Positions 46,081 to 58,500 of a stretch of 64,000 nt of DNA are shown one piece after another. The stretch is taken from assembly GCA_964252035.1 (NCBI GenBank), contig OZ176211.1; one strand, 5' to 3'. This stretch comes from Podarcis erhardii (Eukaryota). The number at the start of each line of letters is the position of its first letter. Positions within the stretch are counted from its first letter, which is position 1. The notes under the pieces are model-generated. The model was not told where the DNA came from, did no database searches, and worked only from the letters and a program-made list of their open reading frames with translations. The position numbers and the translations under genes were made by a program.

Positions 46081-49000
46081 CATGGCAGTGCACAGTACAA
46101 TCACTATAGTGTACATTTATAAAATCATAAAATACAGAACAAATAATCAACACTACATCAAATTAATATTCTAAAAATGTTTGGCAAAACAGAAACCTTT
46201 TCGGCAGGCAATAAAACATCTAAATTGTAAGTGCCTGTCTGATTTAAAAAAGAACTACTGCATTTTTATATGACTTGAGCAATAATACTTTAAAATGTTC
46301 ACATGTAAGTTTCTTAAGTTTTAATTGCTGGAAAAGAGAAAAGGGGAAGGGAAGAAAAGGCTAGTCCCATCTGACTTTATATTTCCCCAAAGACCAAATT
46401 AAGTTTACAACTAATGAAGACTATATGCATTTTATTTGTCAAATGGGGATTTCTGCAGGTGTCTAGAGAGGAGGTTATTGCCATTTCAGACATGCAATAA
46501 AGAATGGGATTCTGTCTCTTGCATATTTTACAATGGAACAAATGGGACTATGTTTCGCTGTAAAATTTCAAAAGGAAATACTTAGCAATACATATACTGT
46601 GTGGCAAGAGCTGTTCACAAGGAATGCAATTATTTATGAAATTTTTAAAATGTCAGCCACTACAATGATGTCTACATTAAAAACAGTCGCTGCTAGTGTT
46701 TGCTGTTCCCGAGCCTTATGAAATAAACACAAAGGTCATTCTCCAGGTTCTGATTATCTTGGAAGCTGGCGTCTGGAACCACCAATGTTTGTTTTGCTGA
46801 TAAAATTCAGCTCTCTAGTCATAAGAAATATCCATAGGAAAATATAAATTTCTCAAACAATCAAAGAAAGAGAGGATCTCTTTGGTCTTTTAAACTTGCA
46901 CCTTGCAAGTTTCATATAGCTCCTAATAAATTTCTAGGATCATATTCATTTCAGCCCAAATATTCTATCATTTTTACTGAAATCAGTGAAATCTTTATTG
47001 ACTTCAAAGAAAATTATTCAAGCTCTGTAGATATTTATCCCAGTTTAGAGTCTCTCCAGCACCTCAGTGTAAACATCAAACTTTTATGTGCATTTCAATG
47101 AAAGGAGCAAGTCCACATGGACAAATATTTATGTTGATCTCTTTTTTTCTATATAAACAAATACTTGTTGATGGTGGAACTTCATGTGTTCATTGTTCAT
47201 TGATGCCCTCAGACCCATAGGACATCATATATGAATTTATTTATTTTTTTTAGAAGGAATAGCAGTATGTTTTCAGATTAACTATGCATAAAGTGTATTT
47301 TGAAAACAACAGGGATTTTACTCCCCTTTCTGTCTGGAAAGACCAAATTTTCCTAGGATGTGACAGAATGACTTCATGAATGATAATTCCTCACTATTTT
47401 TTTTTCCAAAGTTCTATTTCATTTGAACATATGTTCCTCTTCTAATTTTTTTTTAAAAATATAAACTCATTTGATTTTTTTTTAAAAAAAAATTACCGTG
47501 TCTGAATCCGCCCATCTTGCAGTCATAACAGTGAGCTGTCACTATGCTTTGGGTCATGTGGCTGACCCTAGCTAACAAGCTGTTCCTGCGTTTAGGCTAC
47601 TGGGAAGTTTTATTAGCCTCGATTTCCCCCCATTCTAAACACATAGTTATTTCTCAAGGCCCATATAAATCACAAGGTCACATAACTCATAAAAGCTGTG
47701 ACATTCCAGGGATATATGATACAAAGAAGCTGAACTCAGGCTTAGTGGCTTTAAATTTCTATGGGATGTTTTATCATAATATCAATCTAGTTATAACTGG
47801 GGCTGTATTTACATTTTAGCTTAAACAGCACGCACAGTAAAAATGGCACTAAAAGTTACTCGACAGGATCGACTTTTATATACTGAAATTATGATGGGTA
47901 CCATGTTACAACTAGCTGTAGTTTAAAATCAAGATAATATAATTCAGCACTAAAGAGGGTTTAGAGAAAACGTTGATTGGTTTGTTAACAGATATTAGAG
48001 CTTTGTTTTCTTGCAGTAACATGGATAGTGTTGTTTTAGTGATTGATAGTATAATCTTAGACATGTCTACTCCAAAGTTAATACCTATTCAGTTCAGTGG
48101 TACTAACTTCCAGGTCAGTGAGTATAGGTTTGAAGCCTTAAGTTCCCTTTTTTCCATATTTCTCATATAGGAGATGTTTGAAATTGACAGTCCTTGAGCA
48201 GAATACCAAGATACAAACACAGAGCAGTTCCTGAAAAAAATCACCCATGTTTCACCCTTGAACCCTGACAAAGGCAGAAAATTTTAGAGAGCTGGAATTA
48301 ATTGAGCAGGAAATGATGTTAATGGTTTAATCCTTTGCAAGCCTACTCAGAAGCAAGTCCCATTGAGTTCAATGGGGTTTACTCCCAGGTAAGCGAATAT
48401 AGGATTGCAGCTGAAAAGAGATGAGGGATACATGGTAGAGTGTAAGACATTCTTTCCTGTGGTGTTGACACACTTTTTTTTTTTATCCCATGGTCCTCTC
48501 TGGTCAGATACTTTTTTCAGGTATTCTAAGGCACTACAATTAATAATCGAACCTGCAAACAGAGACAGTAACCAGAGAGGCAACAATTCCTGTATCACAC
48601 CATTCTTCAGCACCCTTCAGAAATACCCATTGTCTCCAGATAGTTATGCCAGCTGCACTTAAAGGGGCAGTGTGCTGGTGGGAAACACCTTGCGTCTCCA
48701 GCTCAGAGGTGTACCAAAATGATAATCAGAACTGCTTACTTTGATAGTAGTAGTAGCCACCTGTGTAGGTGGCAGATGGGGCAGGGAGTGATTCTAGACA
48801 TGCCCTTGGCAGGGAGAACTCCTCAGATGGAGAAGTGTGTGTGCAACCCACTCTATGTATGGTGTTATAAACAGCTCAGGGGTCTTTGAGCAAAGGGGTT
48901 AATTTTAGTTTTAGACTAAAGACTAGACCAAGTCTGAGATATTTCTTTTTATTGCAACGACAAAAGCATACAAAGTTCCTGCATTTTTTTAAAAAAACTT

Positions 49001-49423
49001 TAAGCTGCAATCCTGTATACACTTACCTGGAAATCAATAGAAATTAAATCTAGATTAGATGACCCTGCAGAGGATCACAGTGTCTTCAGAACTGAACATT
49101 ATTTGTATGACAATATATTACCAAAAAAAAAAAAATATGCAATGATATATAATTTTAATGTTATCTAAGTGTTGCTGTCCGCAGTAATTGTGTGCAGTAA
49201 ATGTGTGCATGCCAGACATACTGGCGATATGGACATATAGGGGAAGTCATTAATCCATACTAATGATGCATACCTCAGAGCAATGCCATGTATACTCTGG
49301 AGTCAATTCACATGGAGTTCATTACAGGGCCTAAGCCCAAGTAAAGGTGTAGAATAATGGAGCCTTTTGAGTGCTTAGCCATTGGCCTTAATGGTCTTTC
49401 ATGTTTCTGAATGGAATTATTTA

Positions 49424-50779
49424 CCGTATTTTTCGCTCTATAACACGCACCTGACCATAACACGCACATCGTTTTTAGAGGAGGAAAACAAGGGGAAAAA
49501 CATTCTGAATGAAACAGTGGATGTATCATTTTTGGGCTTCATGCTGTGGCCACAGACATGTGATCTGATGGTGAATTTGGGGTGACCCAATGCAAAAATC
49601 CTGAATTCCTGTGGATCCATGCTTTGTAACCACGTTTTTGCACCATTGCAGCCCCAGGCAACAGTGGGTGCGTGATTTTTTTGGTTCAGGCTGTAGCCAT
49701 GGACATGCTATGTGATCTGAGGGTGAATTTGGGATGATCCAATGCAAAGATCCTGAGAATCCCTGTGGATCCATGCTTTGTAACCACATTTTTGCACCAT
49801 TGCAGCCCCAGGCAACAGTGGGTGCGTGGTTTTTTTTGGTGCAGGCTGTAGCCATGGACATGCTATGTGATCTGATGGTGAATTTGGGGTGACCCAATGC
49901 AAAGATCCTGAGAATCCCTGTGGATCCATGCTTTGTAACCACATTTTTGTACCATTGCAGCCCCAGGCAACAGTGGGTGTGTGATTTTTTTGGTGCAGGC
50001 TGTAGCCATGGACATGCTATGTGATCTGATGGTGAATTTGGGGTGACCCAATGCAAAGATCCTGAGGATCCATGTGGATCCATGCTTTTTAACCACGTTT
50101 TTGCACCATTGCAGCCCCAGGCAACAGTGGGTGCGTGATTTGGGGGGGGCAGGCTGTAGCCATGGACATGCTATGTGATCTGATGGTGAATTTGGGGTGA
50201 CCCAATGCAAAGATCCTGAGGATCCATGTGGATCTATGCTTTGTAACCACATTTTAAGTGGGGAGCGAAGGAAAAACAAAGAAGGGACATGAGAGGGGTG
50301 TGCAGAGAAGCAGCTGGCTAAGAATGCAGGAGAGGGATTTAACGGAGGGAGGAAAGAAAGGCAAAAGTTTCCCCCCACCCAAGCCAGCCATATCTCTCTC
50401 TCTCTCTCCCTCCCCCTCTCTCTCTCCCTCCCCCCTCTCTCTCCCTCCCCCTCCCCCCCTCTCTCTCTCCCCCAGCAGCACCCGAGCACAGAGAGGAATT
50501 CCCCTCTGCTTGCCTGGAGGGGAGGGGCTTTCCCTGCTCTTTGTTCCGTTTGAGCAAACACAGCAACGAAACAGAGGAGGGTGGGCAGTAAGACCCTGAG
50601 GCAGAATGCAGGAAAGCAGCCACTTCCTCTTTTCAAGTTTCCCTTCTAGGAGACGCGCGATTTGATTTTTGCCTGCTTTTTCGGCTCCAGGGACCACACA
50701 TTCGCTCTATAACACGCACAGACATTTCCCCTTCCTTTTTAGGAGAAAAAATCTGCGTGTTATAGAGGGAAAAATACGG
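49424..50779. mobile_element. Non-autonomous TcMar element, Tc2/Kanga-like (1356 bp)
   Basis: 26-bp TIRs CCGTATTTTTC(G/C)CTCTATAACACGCA at 49424-49449 and 50754-50779, 1 mismatch. TA TSD at 49422-49423 and 50780-50781. Subterminal ATAACACGCAC copies at ~49456 and ~50709. Confidence 0.9.
49555..50255. repeat. ~154-bp tandem array (~4.5 copies) inside the Tc2-like element
   Basis: GTGATCTGA recurs at 49560, 49712, 49867, 50021 and 50175 (periods 152, 155, 154, 154); units are highly similar. Confidence 0.95.
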
Positions 50780-53039
50780 TATATACTTATCAATCATGTT
50801 CCTGCATTTATAGATCATCACTCCCTGATTACCCTGGAGGAAAATTTCCATAAACTGTATTATAGAGCTGTAATGTACACTGACAGCCTGACTCCTCCTT
50901 TAGCCTCCTGTTTTATTAAACAAGAGCCCTGGCCAAAGTGCTCGTCATTGATTAATCTCAACAGATAAAGTATTTCAAATGTTTGAAATGCATTTTTAAA
51001 GGAAAAACTGATAGTTTTTCTTAGCTGAGTTTCTTAGCTTACAGCCACACATATCTTAACTAGTAATTGCTGATAAACAGGTGTTTAAATTATTCTGGCT
51101 GACGTGATTCATAGTTCTTACTATCATCAAAAGGGTCCTCTAAATTTCCATGGAACGTCAAAGGATCACAAGGATATCGTTCTCATTATGGTACAAACTT
51201 TATGCCCGGCGCTCATTAGATATTCCAAGAAAGGGACCTGATGATTCCATACGTACCAATTAAGAGACCTTATTAGTGCATTCAGCACTACATGTTAAAC
51301 AGCATCAAACCAAAGGCAAATCATTAAACCAGTCGGGCACATCAAAAGCAACACTTAATGGGTTTAGTAGCTTTTTTGTTTTGTTTTATATAGATACATT
51401 GGTTGTGTTCACTCTGTTCAGAAAATTGCACTAATTGGTTGATTATTATTTTTAATGCTTCTGGTCTAAGTCCTATTATAGTTTTTATTTAACCCTTGAG
51501 GGTTTCCAGGTTTCTAGCTTACTAAGTGGCAGCTCTTATTGAGCCTTCATTCATTCAATCATTTGTTTATTCTCTTTATTTACAATGTTTGTAAAATGCT
51601 GCAGTTCAACATACGGTCTCCAAGTGGTTTACATAATAAAGCCAACAAGTAAAATGTCACAAAATTGTAAAAACAGACGTAAAATTGAAATCATGGGCGG
51701 GGGAGAGACCTTAAAAGATGACAACCGGATGTGAATTGAAATGATCTATCAATATAATGGAATCAACTCCTCATGAAAAAAAATTTAGAGGTCAATTCAC
51801 AAAAAAGAAGGCATGGAGCCATTAACCCCATTCAGAAAATCCTGGAGAGCTCCTGCCACTCATTTACACGATACTGATCCAGATGAATCAATGGTCTGGT
51901 TCAGTATAAGATCGCTTCCTATGGCCTTCTAGTGATTGCTTCTCCCTCCTAGCATGCATTTCTTCAATGCCCCATAGAAAGTCACTGCCAAGCAAAGTTG
52001 TTAACAAATCCCAGTATTTTACAGAAACAAAATGATCTGTAAAAAACAAAACAAAAAAATGCAATGAAACTGGAGAATGGATAAATACCAATGAATCAGA
52101 ACGTTGAAAAATGACTTGGTAATTTCATAAATCTTGTGACTTTTGAGATACACAGCCATTAAAATCAGACTGGGTTTTTTATTTTGCAGAGAACAGTGGA
52201 AAGTTGGCAGAAACTAACGTTTTGCAGTGAGGTAGGGAGGCGAACAAGTTGTAAATGACTCTAATGTCTTCCATATGTCACATTTTTACTTGGGGACTGG
52301 ATCTGGAGTAATTAAAGGCATGTGAATTTCCTATAAAGACTGAACTTCACCAGCTTGACACTGGAAAATGCCATCAAATCTGAAGTCTTTAAACTGCTAA
52401 GTGTTTTCTCTCCCCACACCACCACCCAATTTGAAATTCTTGCATTTCGGACCATTTCTTCTTTAACAAAGGGAAATCTTATTTCCAGGGCTAAAAATAG
52501 CATTTACTATTACTATTACTATTACTATTATTATTCATGTAGTATAGAAACATTTCAAAATTATAAAACTATTCTAAAAACGGTCCTCATCTGTAGTATA
52601 ATTTAATAATCATATTAAAGCATGAGTGGAAAACCTGTGGCTCTCCAAACGTTGTTGGACTATGGCACCCATCATTCTTGACCACTGGTGATACTGGTTG
52701 AGCTGGTGGGAGTTGGGAACCATCAACATTGAGAGCGCCACGGCAGCTTTTATTTTAAAAATAAAGAAATCAATTTATCCTAATATAATGCCATTACAGT
52801 TATAATATAATTACCATTATTTTAACCAATATAAGCATTTTTGTGTGTGTTTACCCCTGTCTTTTGTAGAACTGCATGACAAAATTTGGGGAAGTGCAAA
52901 TTTTAAGTTTTAAAGTTCGTCTATTGGTGTGGGAAAGGCAAATAGTATAAATTTGTGTTACAATGCAGCCCAGATCCCACCTCCCCTAGTTAGAGGAGAA
53001 GGCGTGATGTGCAATTGAGGAGCAGAGCATGCTGTGGGT

Positions 53040-53427
53040 TATCAGGGGCTGGCAGGGCTCTGAAGAATGGGTGGCAGAGGATGAGGGCAAGAGGCTGATC
53101 CAGAGGCAGCAATTTATGGAGTTTTGCACTTGGCATGAGCCAGGGCTGGAAACCAGGGAAGAATCTGAGCAGGTGGAGACGGGAAGAGGAGGTGCAGGAT
53201 GCAGAGCAGAAGTTGGGGCTGGAGGAAGAGATGGCACCTGAGATGGGGGGGCTAGAATCTCCTCCATCCCCTCATTTGCTGTTCCCCAGGACCAGGAGGG
53301 ACTTGAAGAGACTAATACAGCAGCGACTTTTCTGTAGGAGAAGTTGCAGGTTGCTTTTGTGTGTGCCATCACGTGAGGGTGCTTAAAGTTTGGGTGTCGT
53401 GCTCACACTCTTGCTCTGGCAGCTTGG
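53040..53427 (+). mobile_element. Degenerate LTR related to 42720-43299, interrupted by a SINE
   Basis: Starts TATCAGGGGCTGGCAG (TGTCA-like), purine-rich body, peptide-level similarity to the 42720 LTR. Probably continues after the SINE to ~53944; no TSD found. Confidence 0.55.
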
Positions 53428-53435
53428 AGCACAAG

Positions 53436-53689
53436 AAGAAGAGGAGGAGTTTGGATTTGATTTCCCGCTTTATTACTACCCTAAGGAGTCCCAAAGCGGC
53501 TAACAATCTCCTTTCCCTTCCTCCCCCACAACAAACATTCTGTGAGGTGAGTGAGGCTGAGAGACTTCAGAGAAGTGCGACTAGCCCAAGGTCACCCAGC
53601 AGCTGCATGTGGAGGAGCGGGGAAGCGAACCCGGTTCACCAGATTACGAGTCCACTGTTCTTAACCACTACACCACGCTGGCTCTTCCC
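53436..53689 (-). mobile_element. CORE SINE (MIR/Ther1-related, Squam3-like), full length
   Basis: Reverse complement has tRNA head AGAGCCAGCGTGGTGTAGTGGTTAAG...GGTTCGCTTCC, CORE GCTGGGTGACCTTGGGCTAGTC...CTCACAG and a (CTT)n tail. 8-bp TSD AGCACAAG at 53428-53435 and 53690-53697. Confidence 0.9.
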
Positions 53690-54310
53690 AGCACAAGCCT
53701 GGAAAGGGGATGCCAGCTGAGAGAAGGACAAGATCACTGCACCCACTGACACATTCGAAGGACAGCAGCAGCTTCTTTGCCATTCAAAACTGGATTACTC
53801 TCCATCACCAGATTTTAAGACGCTGCTATGAGCACCAATATAATCTATACACAGAGCACAGGTTGCTTTCAAAAGTAGTAAACTCAAACGCCCTTGCTCT
53901 CTGCCTTGCAGGGTAAGGGCTTGAGTCTGTCAGTTTTGCTGACAACCTCGGATCTGTGTAACAAATAGTTCTATGTATTATATAATCTCTTTCTGGGTTA
54001 GGTAGCTGCTCTTTCACATTTGTTTTACATTTACTTATACTTCACCACCTGGTTTAACATCAGTGATGGGCATCCAAATGGAAGTTTTATTTTGTGGGCA
54101 TATCCACAAGGCAACTGTCCAGCATGCCCCCAGTTCGATTCTGTTATACGCAGCCAGAAACCAAGGCAGTCTACCAGGAAATATATTTTTCTCCCATGAC
54201 ACCATAATATACAGATAGTAGAAGGGTTATACAATAGTGACAGGTAACACCTCCAGGTACTTCTTAGAAGGAAACATGCAGAAAATCAGCTAAGCAGTAA
54301 GGAAATAATA

Positions 54311-54329
54311 CAGCACCATCTACTGGTTG
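54311..54329 (-). promoter_or_regulatory. Candidate CTCF site
   Basis: Minus strand CAACCAGTAGATGGTGCTG; same 15-bp core as the 16225 site. Confidence 0.65.
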
Positions 54330-55499
54330 GAGAGGTCATTTACACCTTTGTATTTTACAAGTGTCGTTAAGATTGGACAGCCTCTGCTGGCCCTGAGTTT
54401 TTTCAGGGGCAAACTACTCCTGATGCCAGGTACATGTTTAAACAAGTGTGCTTAACCTTTTGCTTTTGTTTTAAAGAAAAAGGAACTGCAGAATCCCAAC
54501 CTGGATTGGGCTGCATGCCTGTTTTCTGATGAAAAACGTACTTTAGTATATACTTTAAATTGAGATTATGCTCCAGATCAAGATTTGACCGCTTTTTCTC
54601 CAAAATAATGACACATGGTCACTAAGACCAACATTGAAGAAGCATGTGAAGCTTCAGGTGGTCCGCAGTGTGTCTGCATTAAATATATATATATGGAGAG
54701 AGAGAGATTTCTAGTTGTATTTTTATTGTTTCTTTTATATTGCATTTTATTGTATTAATATTTGGTGTTTAAGGAACAAAAAAGCAATTAAAAATCATAC
54801 AGCATCTAGCACAGCGCATTACAACTGCTGCAACAGGAAGAAAAATTGTTAAGTGGTCTGTCAAGGCCCTCAGTAATTTTCGTGGCGTCCATTGGAGGGG
54901 GCAAAGTTTGAGAACCACTGGCATGGACTGAAACTTTTAAAGCATGTGTGAAATGTAGGGTTGGGCGAATAAGTGCTGCACAAAAATGCCAAAACTTAAA
55001 GAACTCAGCTAATTAGCTAGGTTCTTTAACATATTTACATTTATTTTTAAGTTTTTTTTCCCTTAAGAAATGTATTATTTTGAGTATGCCTTAGAGCAAG
55101 TGTCTCAAATGTGTAAGCTGTAATAAGAGAAAGCAACAACCAGTTTTGTACATTGCATATATCTTTGGCTTTATCTTTCTAGATAAACTGATAGCACCCT
55201 ATCTGATCTCAGTGTCTCTTCATAACAAAGCTGGGATTTGTATTGGGAAGTCTGGCACCCAGGTTGTCCAATATGATGTCAACAGCTGTAAATTCCACAG
55301 TCTCAGCCTATCATCAGCATTGGTATATGGGTCTATTGAAGCACTAGAAGCAGGAATTCTTCCTTCAAGTAATTTGTGGCTTTTGCTTCTCTCTCGCTAG
55401 TCTAGCTGTGTGTGAAATAAAAACAACCAGATGTAATCAAACATAATATATCCTTTGCTTATCCTAACTTAATAGCAGACCCAAATGTTAATAAAACTT

Positions 55500-55594
55500 G
55501 GCTGTAATCCTAGCCATCTCTATTCAGAAGTGAGTCCCATTTAATTCAATGGGGCTTACTCCCAGATAAGTGGGGTTAGGTTATGATTGCAGCT
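55500..55594. mobile_element. Short palindromic non-autonomous element (Harbinger-like ends)
   Basis: GGCTGTAATCC...GATTGCAGC ends around a CCCATT..AATGGGG core. Relatives at ~48340-48413 and ~49003-49030. Confidence 0.5.
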
Positions 55595-58500
55595 CTTGTT
55601 GGAAATGTTCCTTGCTTTTCTCCACAAGAATCAAACTGATCTGAACACCCATTACTTAATTGTGATTGAATCTCATGCTATTTTCTGTTTCCCCCTAAAA
55701 ACAGATATGAATTTTGCTGTCTGTTGCTGTATGTTAATACACAGACACCTGAAACTCACATGTGCTATTGTTTTGAAAATACAACCTTCCAAACATTTTT
55801 CACACCCCTTACACCCTCAGTCTTGTATGCAATACCCAGAGTTTATGGAAACAGCTGGTATTTTAAGCTGTTTCCAATAAAGCCAGATTTCCTCTACCAG
55901 GTGTCTTGAGCGAAACACCCATGGGGAGGACTTGCAATACTCAGAGGAGAATATTCAACACATAGATCAAATGCTGATTGATAGGATCAAGGGGAACAAT
56001 TCTAGCTCTGAGCATATAGCGTTATACTGCATGAACTCATAAAGCAGAAACTTTAAGATCCTATTGCCCATTGACATGGAAATCTCTCCAGTATAAATAA
56101 CGTGCCAAGCCTGACTCCTTTAGGAAGAAGGATGGGATAGGAATTTAATAAGTAAGTTGGTACAGTAGCTGACTTCAACACTCAGCAATGCTATATAATT
56201 GTCTTTACTACCAACAGCAGTGTTTGCAATGCATCACGTACGAGGTCACAGGTTTGTTCAGAAGGAAAAAAAACCAGACATGGGCAATTCACTGTTGTCT
56301 AATATTTGAAGATGGGAATGTGGAATTCTCCCAAACCTGTATTTTGGAGCAGGTTTACAATGAACACAATCTCATCCTTCCTTTCTTTAAGTTTTTTTTA
56401 AATAACTGCTCCCTACCCTTTTTCCTGAAGCTGTAACTCAACGCTTTCAAAATAGTCTTTTGCAATCCTCGCATAAGATCCTTAGAGGATTCTATGTTCG
56501 TTTGCAATTCTGGCGGGAATCTTTCCCAGACATTGTTTTTACTGAACCATAAAATTATGACTGTCTAGTAGCAGCATGTTCAGCCCCTGATTGTGGAACT
56601 GGAAAAGAAATGGGGAAAGATTCTCACCCTGCCCTTGAGCCACTTTCCATTTAACAGGGAGCCATATGCAGCCTGCCTTAAAACACAAGGAGTGCTTCTG
56701 CTCTGTTCAAGCCTCCAAAGATTGTGGAAATGAGATTTCTCAGGAGAACCTAGGGAGTGCAAATGTGATTGTATGGTTATGTTTATTTACCATAATCTGG
56801 GCATCTACCCAAACACAAGCCACAAGTAGTCAGATTTTGTTTCTCCCATTTTCCCAAATACCACTGCTGTTTATAACACAAAGCTTTAAGCGGTACTTGG
56901 CTACATGTCTGTATTCAGATAGCCATGCTCTTCTAGACCCTGTAGAGCTATAATGTTGTAAAAAATATTTGCCATGCCATTGATAGCAATAACAGAGCAA
57001 TGATTTTGCTGGCTGGGAGAGCCACAAATGCAAGCTCAGCATCCTGGGATGTGTGCCAATCCTGTCTGGGTATGCTGCTGAAGTGACACATTTAGTCTCC
57101 TTAGAGGAATGCCAGTGTGCCAACTTGCATCCCTGGCACAGCATTTTCTAATGACAAACTTATGGAGTGGAACTGGTACCAACTCCAGAGGGAGATGCAA
57201 GCTGCTTTCCCTCGCTTCTTCAGTAACAATGCTGTTTTCAAGTTGTGAATGTACATTCTCAGGTTTTTGTTTTTAACTATTGCACTGTGGACTTGGGTGC
57301 CATTTTGAAATAGGTGTTGAAATGACAGATGCGCTTCATTTAGGAATCCCCATGAACTGCATTTTTAAGGACACTTTGAGCATAAGCTTATTGCTTTGAT
57401 ATAACTTCTAGGACTGAATAATTTTATTTATTGCTAGGATGGGATGTTCACAGACCACTGGCTGTTTTCACTTTCTCTTTTCCCATCTATATACTCACTG
57501 CTCATCTTGCCATGTGGATGTCACAGAATTTATGAAGCAATAATTGTGTCAGACTAGATGCAGAATTTGTTGAAGGCTGGATTACATTCTTTGCGATCTT
57601 AATACATCTGTGAAAGCAATTTGACTACTTCTGCAGAACAATGTGGGGGTGGGGGGCGGATTCCATCTTAGTTTCTTTTGTGGTTACAGTGGAATTGGCA
57701 AACATCACGGGGATTCTTCTGGCTTTAAAACTGTGGGATTCTGGAAGGTGTTTATTCTTGAAAGCAGTTAAATGTAGGGAGCTCAGCAGCAAATTAATTG
57801 ATTCCCATTATATGCAGATGCAGGTCCTCCCTAGTCCTGCTAATTTGTGTTGGTCAAAGTTCTTTTAGCTACATATATTAATCAGATGTAGTTCCTTCCT
57901 TCCCTTCCTTCCTTCCTTCCTTCCTTCCTTCTTGCCCAAATCAGCAGCTGAGGTTGCAATCTCCAACAAGAGACCAGAGTAGGAAGAGGAACAATGATGT
58001 CCCCTTCTGCTCCCTTTCCCAGCTGCTTTTGGCCTTAAATAGAATAGATGTGGAGGGTACCAGTTCGTTTTCTTTTGCATGGCTGAAAGCATCAGCTTTG
58101 GAAATGGGAAGCTGGAGCACATCAATAAAGTTATGATTCACTTCCGCAAACGCATTCATGTTAACCTCACATTGAAGCCCAGCCTTCACATAAGGAAAGA
58201 AAACATCAAGGGGGAAACTACATATCATGAGTAGCTTAAACCTCATTTGGCAGGAATTGCTATACTGAAGAGCCAACCTCTCATTCATGGTTAGTTGGCC
58301 TAAATTGCTGCTAGAGTGCCTGTTCTGTGCTTTAGAAAGGATTGCTGGTGCACAGAAAGTGGATAACCCTGCTACCAAGTTGTTACCAGGTCCTCACATA
58401 TTGAACTAGATGCAAGGCAGTTCAGTCCCATTTATTTGAATGGAACTGCTTAAAATCTCCAAATACATCTTCACAGACTAAAGAGTCTTGCAGACCCTAG

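Noticed and set aside
48378-48395. TTTACTCCCAG|GTAAGC as a recursive splice site in intron 2
   Set aside because: The pyrimidine tract is short and the motif belongs to an abundant repeat family.
49555-50255. Regularly spaced repeats resembling a CRISPR array
   Set aside because: Whole units repeat, with no unique spacers or cas genes, and the context is eukaryotic.
49526-50636. Minus-strand ORFs of 185 and 257 aa with repeated peptides
   Set aside because: These are translations of the 154-bp tandem array and the CT tract; no transposase motifs.
53890-53918. Pyrimidine tract plus CAG-G-GTAAGG (apparent 1-nt exon)
   Set aside because: Lies in an LTR remnant, has implausible geometry and lacks supporting evidence.
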